A DNA stretch of 64,000 nucleotides from Eledone cirrhosa (taxonomy: Eukaryota). Every line of letters begins with the position of its first letter. The first letter of the stretch is position 1. Location: positions 158,224,001-158,288,000 of the forward strand of contig OZ024742.1 of NCBI GenBank assembly GCA_964016885.1, given 5' to 3'. Both the position numbers and the translations under genes were made by a program. Below the pieces are notes generated by a model, which saw only the letters and a list, made by a program, of their open reading frames with translations, had not been told where the DNA came from and made no database searches. Shown piece by piece: positions 27,733 to 40,949 of this stretch.

Positions 27733-28186
27733 GTGTGTGTGCGTGCGTGCGTATGTGTGTTCGTGTGTATTCTTGTTTATAAAACAGATGACGTGCGAAA
27801 GAGTTATTGAGTTGGAATTGTGCCCAAGACTAAACTGGTGGGGGTTTTTTATCAACCTTGAAATAAGACTAAGGCCTGCAATTGTCGAGGAGGGGAAAAA
27901 TCGATTTATCGAACCTATTGCTGGACTAGTACCTTATTTTATGCACCTGAGAAAGATTAATGGCAAAATTGACCTGGGCAAGTTTTAATCCCTAGTCTGA
28001 GAGAACCGAAACGAATACCGCAAATCATTCCATCCGATGTTCTAACAATCTTTGCCAATTCAGTGTCTTGTTAATTCAGAGAGTATTAATGGACTTAATT
28101 CAGAATATTAATGGACTTAGTAAATGTATGTCAAGAGACAGTTACATTGTTCTAGAAGCAAACAATATAGACAAACATGAAAACAG

Positions 28187-28435
<249 letters not shown>

Positions 28436-28977
28436 CATTATGTATATATATGTGTGTGTTTTGTAAGATAAGATAAATAATTATAATGAAATGATACCAT
28501 CGCCTGGCTTTAGTTAATGAATTCATTCATTAATACAGACAAATAGTATTTTATTTCATTTCACTTAGACATATTTTCGCCGATTTACAAGAAAATAGAT
28601 GAGACGGAGACTAGAATGTAGATTTTTCACATTAATTTTTCACATTAATTTCACATTAATTTTTGCTGGATTTCTTAAAATCATTTACTTGAAACATAAT
28701 CTGCATAATCTATGTAAGACGCTTCAATCTAGTTGAATTTAAGCGACACTCGAAGAGAAATGACACTGGTCGATAGAAAATACAGATTTCAACAAAACCA
28801 AAATACTATACGCACAATAAGAATTCTCAATTTCCAACATGTTAGTTCTACCGTGATAAAGATGACAGGCTCGAGGAAATGTGTTGTTAATATTTTTAAA
28901 AAAACTTCCAATTTGGCGTGACGCCAATTTACGCCAAATGCGTTAAAATCTTCTGAAACCTGATTGCGAGTAAATAA

Positions 28978-29065
<88 letters not shown>

Positions 29066-29299
29066 CAAAATTGCCCACTGAAAATTGAAAATTATTTTCT
29101 TCATTCAACACCATGTAGACAATGTAATTCCATGCTGAATGTTGTAATGCATTATATTCAGTCCAGTTTGCACGCCTGATGGAATGAAAAAACCGCCGGA
29201 AGCTGCATAGAAGAACAGCATAAAGGCCAATAAAACCAGTGAGATGTGTGTCAAATCTGAGAACTAAACAATTACATAGACAAATAATAAAACTTCTTA

Positions 29300-29975
<676 letters not shown>

Positions 29976-30138
29976 GATAACAAATTATCGTTATAGGTAA
30001 TCCAGTTAGAGGTTGTGAGTAATCCAATTTGTGGATAATGTTTTTAATGTACGGCGTTGCTTAACTCAACGAGAGGTTTCCTTATTTAGGTGGCGACTTC
30101 TCGGGAATTCCTAAGCAGGTTAATCTTGGAGCAATAAT

Positions 30139-30460
30139 AGTGAAAGAATAAAGAATAACATGGTCAACAGTACAAAAAGGGTTTTATTTACAGTATTGAC
30201 AATTATTTCATTGATTAGGATGAATAACTGATTGAAATTATACACGGCGCTTGTAATACACTAGTATATTACAAACGCGGTGTATACTTTTAATCAGTTA
30301 TTCCGATGATTTGATTGGGCCTACATGTATTTAAAGTTGAGTGACACAACTTCAAGTGATTAGCAATTTTTAGACCCCCTAATCAATGAAGCAATTGTTA
30401 ATACTGTAAATAAAACCCTTTTTGTACTGTTGACCATGCTATTCTTCACACTTTCACTAT
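30139..30460. mobile_element. Nested fold-back module with degenerate hammerhead (family H, 30295-30406)
   Basis: Outer inverted repeat 30139-30219/30378-30460 and inner palindrome 30222-30303. CAGTTATT-CCGATGA-TTGATTGGG...CCCTAATCAA-T-GAAG-C(AATT)G-TT-AATACTG; the inverted arm retains GAAA and GTC. Confidence 0.7.
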
Positions 30461-31374
30461 ATATATATATATATTTCAGTGATAGCCATTATTCAACAGC
30501 TACGATCTCATAGGGCAGTAAGAACTTGAACAGAAAAAACAGGAAAACATAATGTTGGAGTAGATTTTACCTTGTTAAATCCATTGATATGTCCAGATCC
30601 GAACTTATCAAGGGGTAAATCCATATATGGTCAAAGAGATAATCACCAGGATTGGTCACATCACAAGTTAGTAGTAAATCTGTGATGGCAAGTTGGTGGG
30701 GGAAGGGGTAGCTAAACCTGCCAGTAGGAGAAAAGGGGAGAGGGGGTGGAGTAGACCCATTCATGCGTTGGTAGTGCCAGCTACATCTGGGTGTGAGGTC
30801 AAAGAGGATACTGGGGAGGGGGAGAGGGAGGAGGTCGAAACGGTAAGTAGAACAATGAAAGGTAAAACTGTAAAAGGTACTGAGAGAGAAAAAAAAAATA
30901 TAAGCAAAATCTGGTTACTAAGACTTAAGTCTCTCGCTATTGCTAGGCTGAAGAAATACATAAATAAATAAATAAACAAATAAGTGAATAAAAGAATAGA
31001 TAAATAAATTTAAAAAAAAAATTTTTTTTTTAAATATATATATATATATAATGTAGAATAAAAAAATAAATGATAATAATAGAAAAAAACTAGGGTAGAA
31101 GGACTAGGGAGGGATGGGGGGAAGGAGGAAATATAGAGGAAGCGATAAAAGAATGTAAAAGAAGATCTTACGTCTCCATAGGCAAGCAGGGGTTACCCAT
31201 TACAAACTAGGCAAGTGGGTTGTTATAGCCCTAGGCTACCCCCCCCCCCGGGTGATTATGGGGTTTGAGGGCGAGGTAAGTCCTACGTAATCGGTGTTTA
31301 CATGCAGTAACCAGTTCATCTTTCTTGTTTAGGAGTTGGTCCGTCGAAAACAGCATTTGTAATGTTTCCTCCGA

Positions 31375-33210
31375 CTGGTCAAGAACCTTAAATTCAAACC
31401 CAGACACAACCGATTCCTACAAAAACTCCGTAGCAACTTAACAGAGTATGATAACACAAATGACATCATGGTGCATTCGGATAAAACTGGGAACCTATAC
31501 TTTGTCAACCCCGACAGATACCACACACTGATCAGGAGCAGCCTAAACTCCACCTATAAAAAGGCCAACCACTCATGCATCGAGGACATTAATCGAGATG
31601 GAAAACAAATTACCTCCAGCCTCGGGGTCGCCGACCGCACCGAACCCCTAGACCCACGGACACCCTACTTCACACTGAAGGACCACAAATCCGATTTCGA
31701 CCGTAAACCATCTATCAGGTTTATAAACCCAACGAAGTCCGACATAGGGAGAATCAGCAAAAATATCCTAGACCGCGTGATACCTAAAGTCAAGCAACAC
31801 GCCCGACTTAGCCTATGGATCAACACCCAGGAAGTTATTTCATGGTTCAGCAATTTGGAGGATAAACGAGACACTAAATTTATCCAGTTCGACATAGAGA
31901 GCTACCATGCTTCAATCACCTTACCGCTACTTACTGCCGCCTTGGACTTCGCCGAAGCACTTGTGCCCATCACCGACCAGGAAAGAAAAATCATCCTCCA
32001 CGCCAGGAAGACAGTCTTACTCTTTGACAACTCCAAATGGATAAAAAGAGCTCCTGACTCACCCTTCGACGTCAGCATGGGCGCTACGGATTCGGCGGAG
32101 GTCACAGATCTTATAGGATTATTCCTTATAGCCAAACTCACCGATATGTTTCCTGCTTTCGGTGGTGGATTGTACCGTGATGATGGGCTCCTTACCCTTA
32201 AAGGGTACAACCCCAGTAGTACAGATCGGGTCCGTAAACAATTAATCAGCTTCTTCCGCGACTGGGGATTTAAAGTAACCCTACAAACGTCCCTGACCCT
32301 CGATCTCAATAATGACTTGTACTACCCATACAGGAAACCCAATGACAACCTGCACTACATCCACCGCCGATCTAACCATCCCAGGAACATCACCAACAAC
32401 CTGGTCAAAAACATCTCCCTCCGTATATCCCGTTTGTCAGCTAATGAGAAGATATTCGATGAACATACGCCTTACTACAACCAGGCCCTCAAGCGGAGTG
32501 GTTTCCGGGAGGAAATATCCTACTGTCCAGCTCCCATTAGCGTAACCAGCAGGCGACACCGCCGCTCACGCAATGTAACATGGTTCAATCCTCCCCACAA
32601 CGCTGAGGTGACAACTCCCATCGGGAAAATTTTCTTTAAGCTCATTGAAAAACACTTCCCACCACAACACCGCTACCACAACATAATTAACAAAAATACC
32701 ATCAAACTCTCTTACAGCACTACACCTAACTTCGCACAAAACATCGTCTCCTCCAACAACAAAAAACTCAACCCCGATGGAAGAAACAACCTAAATAGCA
32801 GTGGAGAGCCGACCAGGAGGTGCAACTGTCCTGATAGATCCAGTTGCCCCCTCGACAACAGATGCAGAGACCGTAATGTGATCTACCAGTGCAACGTGAG
32901 CACGGACACCTCCAACAAAGCTTATATAGGATTAACACAGGAATACCTTCCGAAATCCGGCCCGGCGTCACGCCACTACACTTTCGGGCCACATATGGGA
33001 CCTCAAGGACAAAAACATCAACTATGATCTCACTTGGAAATTACTGTCCAGAGCCAACTCTTACACGGGAGGACGCCGTCCGTGCAATTTATGCTCGGAG
33101 GAAACATTACAAATGCTGTTTTCGACGGACCAACTCCTAAACAAGAAAGATGAACTGGTTACTGCATGTAAACACCGATTACGTAGGACTTACCTCGCCC
33201 TCAAACCCCA
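31375..33210 (+). pseudogene. PLE reverse transcriptase plus C-terminal GIY-YIG endonuclease
   Basis: FDIESYHASI, FDVSMGATDSAE, LYRDDGL, YPYRKPND, WFNPP, linker CNCx5CPLx3C, NVIYQC...YIGLT. A deletion/frameshift at ~32945 is followed by TTLSGHIWDLK...WKLL...CNLCSEE...LLNKKDELVTACKH. Confidence 0.9.
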
Positions 33211-34006
33211 TAATGACCAGGGGGGGGGGGGGGGGGGTAGCCTAGGGCTATAACAACCCACTTGCCTAGTTTGTAATGGGTAACCCCTGCTTGCCTATGG
33301 AGACGTAAGATCTTCTTTTACATTCTTTTATCGCTTCCTCTATATTTCCTCCTTCCCCCCATCCCTCCCTAGTCCTTCTACCCCAGTTCCCTTTCTTTGT
33401 CGTCGTCTCTTTCTCGCCCACCCGAGGTAGCCCATCGGTCCCTTGTAGCTTCAGCACCCCCACCCCCTCCCCTATTCTACGATAGATGTGGCTGACTCCG
33501 CTTTTTATAGCAGAGGTGTTAGACTTCGGATACTCGCCCCCTTCTCCGACCGCTGTCCCCTTTTTCCGTGCCTTCTATATTTCTTAGTGACATCTTTGCT
33601 TTAATTTCTCGTTTATCCAGTATCTCTTTTTTTTTTCCCCTTTTTTTGGGGGGGGGGGGGGTCCTGTATTAATTTCCGTTCTTTACTTTTACTTCGTACG
33701 ATCTTTCATGTAGCTTGTATAAGACCTTTTGTTTCGTGGCGGTACCCTTAGAGTTAGCACCAGTATTTTTTTACGGGACCCTGAATTATATTCTCGTACT
33801 AGTTTACTTTCTTGCACTGGGTGGTTGCTGGCCCTGTGTTTGGGGTAGAAACCTTTATTATTTTCGTGGTAGTCTCTTTAGTATTCTGGCCCCCCTTTTG
33901 TTGACCCGTCACCGTACGATACACGCACTTATACCTCGTATAAGGGTCCCTTTATTTCCGTCCCACCTAGTTTTTTTCTATTATTATCATTTATTTTTTA
34001 TTCTAC

Positions 34007-34052
<46 letters not shown>

Positions 34053-34445
34053 TATTTATTTATCTATTCTTTTATTCACTTATTTGTTTATTTATTTATT
34101 TATGTATTTCTTCAGCCTAGCAATAGCGAGAGACTTAAGTCTTAGTAACCAGATTTTGCTTATATTTTTTTTTCTCTCTCAGTACCTTTTACAGTTTTAC
34201 CTTTCATTGTTCTACTTACCGTTTCGACCTCCTCCCCCTCCCCCTCCCCGGTATCCTCTTTGACCTCACACCCAGATGTAGCTGGCACTACCAACGCATA
34301 AATGGGTCTACTCCACCCGCTCTCCCCTTTTCTCCTACTGGCAGGTTTAGCTACCCCTTCCCCCACCAACTTGCCATCACAGATTTACTACTAACTTGTG
34401 ATGTGACCAATCCTGGTGATTATCTCTTTGACCATATATGGAATT

Positions 34446-34540
34446 ACCCCTTGATAAGTTCGGCTATTTAAATACCAGAATTAATTTTTCATTCAGTACA
34501 GAATTAGCCGTCGAAACGGCTTGAGCTCAGCCGTCGGGGT
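34446..34540 (+). ncRNA. Hammerhead-like motif of the PLE pseudo-LTR (family I), variant core
   Basis: ACCCC-TTGATAA-gttCGGCTA...TAGCCGtc-GAAA-CGGCT(tgagctc)AGCCG-TC-GGGGT. Confidence 0.7.
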
Positions 34541-34661
34541 CTTACTTGTTCCTATATATATATATATTTTGAGTTTATGTTGGTTGTATACCAACACCTC
34601 AGTATGCAGGCTGGAGCACTCGACGAAGCGCGCAGGTTGGTTTGGTTACTCCGGAGTAGTG

Positions 34662-35025
34662 TAAAATAAAGTTAAATAAAAGTCAAATGATTAAGCTATA
34701 TATATTTCAGTGACAGCCATCTTTGGCTGTGACCTCTTCAGGCAGTTTGAATTAGTATGGTATAGACAAGTACATATGTTGTTTGGGTGTATAATATTGT
34801 CAATACTCTGATATGCCCAGTGAATTAACAACCCAACAAGGAACTGGGCATATCAGAGTATTGACAATATTATACACCTAAACAACATATGTACTTGTCT
34901 ATACCATACTAATTCAAACTGCCTGAAGAGGTCACAGCCAAAGATGGCTGTCACTGAAATATATATAGCAGTAATAAACGAAGCTAAATTTTAATCATTT
35001 GACTTTTATTTAACTTTATTTTATA
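34662..35025. mobile_element. Fold-back module (family E) with ~160-bp arms
   Basis: 34662-34821 is the reverse complement of 34843-35025 (one ~20-nt deletion); flanked by TA tracts. Confidence 0.88.
34918..34972 (+). ncRNA. Minimal type I hammerhead ribozyme (family E), intact
   Basis: ACTGC-CTGAAGA-GGTcACAGCCA(aaga)TGGCTGTcACT-GAAA-T(ATAT)A-TA-GCAGT. Confidence 0.88.
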
Positions 35026-35039
35026 TATATATATATAGG

Positions 35040-37850
35040 ATAAATAAAGTTTCATGTACGTGCTATCATTGCTTTCGCGGCCCAGTCATGTCCACGATTG
35101 TATAATGGAGGAGGCACTTTTAAACTGGCCTGTCAGTGAAAAAGGTAAGTGGTTGTCCTCAGGCTACATCTCCCTCCTAATTGAGGAGACGTATATTTGA
35201 AACAGGGGAGGTAAATATGGCCTGAAGTCTGTATACGAATTTATGAAAAATTACTCGGGATATTCTCTTCAGATTTCTCATTTTGATATGATTTGATATC
35301 GATGAGTATAGACCCGGTAAGATCCTGAGTTTCTCACATAGACAATGTGAGCATTTTTTTTTTATTTTTTGCTCCCGTTTGTGTCTGGTGTTGAATTTTC
35401 AAGCACTTTCCATGTGATGTCATGGAGTATTCCATTTTTCTTTAGCTATCAGACGCTTTTTGCCAGTGATGTGGTGGTTTTCATGTTGAGATGTCTAAAT
35501 GAGGAACGGTGCAGATAGAACCTTTGTTTAAAACGGTCCTGGACCATATCTACGTTTATCGGGTCTCTGGCTTGTTGGCGTTTTTGTATTTGATATCTGC
35601 TTCGTATATTATGGATTTAACATGACAGTATTGCTGCAATGAACAGTCATGTTTCTTTCTGTAAGAGCATCCTGGATGTTCATGTGGTTTGTTCTTTGCG
35701 GTTATTTTCGATTTCATGGATGGGGCACATGAAGAGGAAATTCTTACTAAACGTTGATTTAAGATCTTATTATATTTATGCTGAGGTGTAAAGTGCATGT
35801 CTATAAAGTCTAAGAATGTCTTACATATATTAGTTTTTACATTTACTGTGAAAAGAGGCACGAACCAGATTATTTTTTTCTTCTATTATTATTTCTTGGC
35901 TATTTGGAATGTATTTCATCTATTTATTAAATCCATTATCTCTGAGAGCCTTGTTGTAGTACGGCGCTGCTTTTTAAATTATCTCTCTGCTGGATCATAA
36001 GTTCTCGATCCTACGGCTAACGTTAGATGATAGATTTTTAATCCTCATGGGCGGGTGGCATGATCATCTCTTGATCTATTTCAGTCTCACGTTCGGTTTG
36101 TGAAATGATTTATATGTGCCTGTTTGTAGGTCTAGGTTAACGTCGGGAAATTTGCGCTAGTAATGTTCGTGTCGACTGTGATTTTAAGATCTATGTCATG
36201 AAAGGTATTTATCAGGTCTTTACAAAACTTATCCATATCGTGCCCTTTGTGAGTTAGAGAAAAGTCATTGTCACCGTATAGACCGATGGCGTGGTCTGAA
36301 AATTTCTGCTTAAGCCATGGTGGATGTATAAACCAATATTACATATATCCGCGCTGTCTAATGACCCCATCAATTCGTCGAATAAATCTTCTGGGTCAAA
36401 TTGTTTATCCAAGCGGTGCCATTGTTGAATAAAAGCGTATTTCTGAGTTCTTGGTTACTTTTAGCTCCGAAGGTTCGCATGATGTCCAAGTTCTTGTTTA
36501 GTAGCGGTTTAGTAATAGAGGGTACAAATCGGTTATATCGGACTGGATAAACTTAGCCCTGGCTTTCGATGGGATGTCTTTGAACAAGGATATAGCCGAT
36601 GTGGTATTGTTCCAGAATGAGAAGATGTTGTTTGTGTTGCGTTTGTTTATTTCTCCTAATATCTTCCTGGTTACTAGGCCTAATTCTGTTCTCGCTGGGT
36701 TTATGGGCCTGCAAGATGATCTGTTTGTAAAGTTTATTTTATGATTCTTCAAGATAATAAAGCCATCACGCTTTGCTAATGTTTCTAGTCTATTATCTAT
36801 TTTAACATTTCTAGAAAATTCTTTTACCCCGTTGTTAATAGAGTTGTAAATGTTAGGTTTGGCTTTCTAGTTATGTTGCTTAGTATAAGCGTTTATATCT
36901 ATCTTTATTTACTTCTTAGTTTTGTCAGAGAAAACAAATACATTATTTAACGACCTGAATTTGTTAATATCATTTAGGAGGATGTTGTGCAAGGAATTAT
37001 TGTACTTACGGAATTTTATACTAGCTATTAAGTCTAAGATGTCTTCTTTGAAGTCTGCAATGACTTTAATTTTGGGTGGGTACTTTTTGCTATGGCGGTT
37101 GTTGCTCTCTCTCCAACAAAAATATAGGGCCTTCCATCTCAGTCTCCGTACGCCTTTTACTTTCTCTAGTAATATTTTGGAGTAGGTGTAGTTCGATGGT
37201 TTCGGTATGTTGTTTGAAGAGTATTCCATTTTATATGTTGCTATCTCTCCACCAAAAATATAGGGCCTTCCATCTAAGTCTCCGTACGCCTTTTACTTTC
37301 TCTAGTAATATTTTGGAGTAGGTGTAGTTCGATGGTTTCGGTATGTTGTTTGAAGAGTATTCCATTTTATATGTATACATTATGTTGAATGTTGAACGAT
37401 ATCATTAGGACTGAAGAGTGCTCAACTATTCTGGCTTTTATGTTAGTCCATTGTACTGGTCTATGGCATACGTTGCTGTAAAAATCAATGCTAAGAGCAA
37501 TATGCATTGATAGAAATCCGATCAAGGAAAACAGTGCTCGACCTATTGAAAGAGAGCTTATTTAGTGTAAACAATGTTTCATACACTTAACATGCATGTG
37601 GTACCACCACTGTGTGACCACCACTGTATAAAGGAGGAGGCACTTTTAACTGGCCCTTCAGTCAGGCACATGAAATATAAAATTGAAAGAGGGAAGTTGT
37701 TTTCTCCAGTATACATCTCCCTCCTACTTTTGGAGACATATATTTGAAACAGGCGGGGGTAAATAGGTCTGTATGCGAATATATAAAAACATACTAGGGC
37801 TATTCTCTCCAGTGGATAAAGGGAGGTTACTGATGGATTTATCGGCAAAT
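35040..37850 (-). mobile_element. Decayed full-length PLE with direct pseudo-LTRs
   Basis: ORF fragments (RRLRWKA...FSDKT; CRPINPARTELG...FIQSDITDLYP; VKTNICKTFLDFIDMHF...IIYEA) are homologous to the 31.4 kb ORF. Direct repeats at ~35100-35270 and 37625-37810; 140-bp tandem duplication at 37098-37372. Confidence 0.85.
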
Positions 37851-37952
37851 TTGAAGATAGTTAATCTGTTGTATGTAAACGGACACACACACATACGGAC
37901 ATAGATGACGAATTATTAAGATTTGAAAATATAATAGACATGCATTATATAT

Positions 37953-40212
37953 ATAAACGGAAAAAATGAAACGAAATTTCATTTCTCACTCTTAGTACGG
38001 CTGTTACTTAAATATAAGTATGTATACGTACATACATATATGTATACAGACGTACAGTAGTATGTATATATATATACATACATGCACACATATATATATG
38101 TACGTATGGATTCACCGAACATTTATTATAATGCTCGGTGTGTTTGAAAAACAAACATACCGAATTAAGCCGTACAGTGACTAGCAACCATCGTTGCTCA
38201 TTTGTTCAAAACTGACAAAGGAACGCTGTACTAGTTTCAAGCTTATTAGCTATCGTCAGCAACTTATACCTTCCTGCCAGATGGTTGAACGTCTGAAAGT
38301 ATATAGTTTCCTTATGCATATTAACGGCTGTGCAGCCTAATTTGCATATCGAGTGAGTTAATCGGCCGGGCGCACCGAAAGCTATAAACGGAAAAAATGA
38401 AACGAAATTTCATTTCTCACTCTTAGTACGGCTGTTACTTAAATATAAGTATGTATACGTACATACGTATATGTATACAGACGTACAGTAGTATGTATAT
38501 ATATATACATATATGCACATATATATATATATGTACGTATGGATTCACCGAACATTTATTATAATGATCGGTGTGTTTGTAAACAAACATCCCGAATTAA
38601 GCCGTACAGTGTCTGGCAACCATCGTTGCTCATTTGTTCAACACTGACAAAGGAACGCTGTACTAGTTTCAAAGCTTATTAGCTATCGTCAGCAACGTAT
38701 ACTTTCCTGCCAGATGATTGAACGTCTGAAAGTATATACTTTCCTTATGCATATTAACGGCTGTGCAGCCTAATTTGCATATCGAGTGATTAATCGGCCA
38801 GGCGCACCGAAAATGATGAACGGAAAAAATGAAACGAAATTTCATTTCTCACTTTTAGTACAGCTGTTACTTAAATATAAGTATGTATACGTACATACAT
38901 ATATGTCTACAGACGTACAGTAGTATGTATATATATATAAATACATGCACACATATATATATGTACGTATGGATTCACCGAACATTTATTATAATGCTCG
39001 GTGTGTTTGTAAACAAACATCCCGAATTAAGCCGTACAGTGTCTGGCAACCATCGTTGCTCATTTGTTTAACACGGACAAAGGAACGCTGTACTAGTTTC
39101 AAGCTTATTAGCTATCGTCAGCAACGTATACCTTCCTGCCAGATGGTTGAATGTCTGAAAGTATATACTTTCTTATGCCTATTAACGGATGTGTAGCCTA
39201 ATTTGCATATCGAGTGAATTAATTGGCCGGGCGCACCGAAATCGATAAACGGAAAAGATGAAACGAAATTTCATTTCTCACTCTTAGTACGGCTGTTACT
39301 TAAATATAAGTATGTATACATACATATATATATGTATACAGACGTACAGTATTATGTATATATATTATACATACAGGCACACATATATATATGTACGTAT
39401 GGATTCACCGAACATTTATTATAATGCTCGGTGTGTTTGTAAACAAACATCCCGAATTAAGCCGTACAGTGTCTAGCAACCATCCTTGCTCATTTGTTCA
39501 AAACTTTTAAAGGAACGCCGTATTAGTTTCAAGCTTATTAGCTATCGTCAGCAACGATATATATGTGTGCATGTATGTATATATATATACATACTACTGT
39601 ACGTCTGTATACATATATATATATATATGTACGTATACATACTTATATTTAAGTAACAGCCGTACTAAGAGTGAGAAATGAAATTTCGTTTCATTTTTTC
39701 CGTTTATCGTTTTCGGTGCGCCCGGCCGATTAACTCACTCGATATGCAAATTAGGCTGCTCAGCCGTTAATATGCATAAGGAAAGTATATACTTTCAGAC
39801 GTTCAATCATCTGGCAGGAAGGTATACGTTGCTGACGATATCTAATAAGCTTGAAACTAGTACAGCGTTCCTTTGTCAGTGTTGAACAAATGAGCAACGA
39901 TGGTTGCTAGACACCGTACGGCTTAATTTGGGATGTTTGTTTACAAACACACCGAGCATTATAATAAATGTTCGGTGAATCCATACGTACATATATATAT
40001 ATATGTGTGCATGTATGTATATATATATACATATTACTGTACGTATGTATACATATATGTATGTACGTATACATACTTATATTTAAGTAACGGCCGTACT
40101 AAGAGTGAGAAATGAAATTCCGTTTCATTTTTTTTCGTTTATCGTTTCGGTGCACCCGGCCGATTAACTCACTCGATATGCAAATTAGGCTGCTCAGCCG
40201 TTAATATGCATA
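37953..40212. repeat. ~430-bp tandem array with internal inversion; one hammerhead per unit (retrozyme-like, family F)
   Basis: Minus-strand hammerheads at 38223-38265, 38655-38698, 39085-39127 and 39515-39556 (period 430-432). Orientation flips at ~39557; plus-strand hammerhead at 39826-39868. Confidence 0.9.
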
Positions 40213-40215
40213 TAT

Positions 40216-40882
40216 ATGAATAAAATAGCGAGCTATGTGGTTGCAATTAAGTGTAATGAAAATAAAAGTTACGGGCGAAAGAGCGCAATATCCATATTCA
40301 GTTGTCTGCTAGGAATCATAGGTATTTCTTCGCGTTATAGACCAGATACCTCAGCCGAGGGCGAACAATAACTAAAATAAGTTATTGGGACAAAAAAGAG
40401 GGAGAGAGAGAAAAAATATAAACAGACACGAAGGGTGAGGCAATGAAAAGAGAAGAAAATCAAGTCAAAAATTCATTTCGAATATAAGTTCTGGCGGATG
40501 TGACGAGAAAAAAAGACACGTCTTCACTGTAGCAGTGTGAGCGAGAGACGAGACGGCTTACAATGGCTAACGAGGGAGGAAGTGAGCTAGCGGAGAGAGG
40601 GTGATTAGCAGAGAGGGAGTGAGTGAAAGTAAGAGGAAGCGAGAAAGAAATAGTTATAGTGGCAGGCTAGCCGAGAATGGCTAGCAGAAGAGGGAGAAGG
40701 AGAGAGAAGGGGGAGAGAGGGGATAGCAACAAGGGGAGAGAAGCGAGACGGTTCACAGCGGAGAAAGAAACTATGTGAATAAAATGGCGAGCTGTGTGGT
40801 TGAATTTAAGTATAATGCAAATAAAAGTGAAAGAGGGCAATATCCATCGTCAGTTGTCTGCTAGGAATCATAGGTATTTCTT
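40216..40882. repeat. ~110-bp imperfect direct repeats flanking a purine-rich segment
   Basis: 40216-40331 vs 40774-40881 share GAATAAAAT.GCGAGCT.TGTGGTTG...CAGTTGTCTGCTAGGAATCATAGGTATTTCTT. Confidence 0.7.
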
Positions 40883-40949
40883 AGCCTATGATTTTATTTT
40901 CATTATACTTAAATGCAAACACACAGATCACCATTTTATTCACATAGTA

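Larger units (their letters stand above)
30598..34552 (+). mobile_element. 5'-truncated Penelope-like element (probably Naiad-type) with inverted 3' copy at its 5' end
   Basis: 30598-31092 is the reverse complement of ~33965-34465, and 31093-31372 of ~33095-33382. RT+GIY-YIG ORF lies between; hammerhead at the 3' end; ends in (TA)n. Confidence 0.9.

Noticed and set aside
30055-30120. Minus-strand hammerhead (TGCTT...GAAA...GTT-AAGCA)
   Set aside because: CUGANGA box is absent; at most a deleted remnant.
31375-33210. Selenocysteine-recoded Naiad ORF
   Set aside because: Conserved Cys positions use TGC/TGT, with no in-frame TGA; no SECIS identified.
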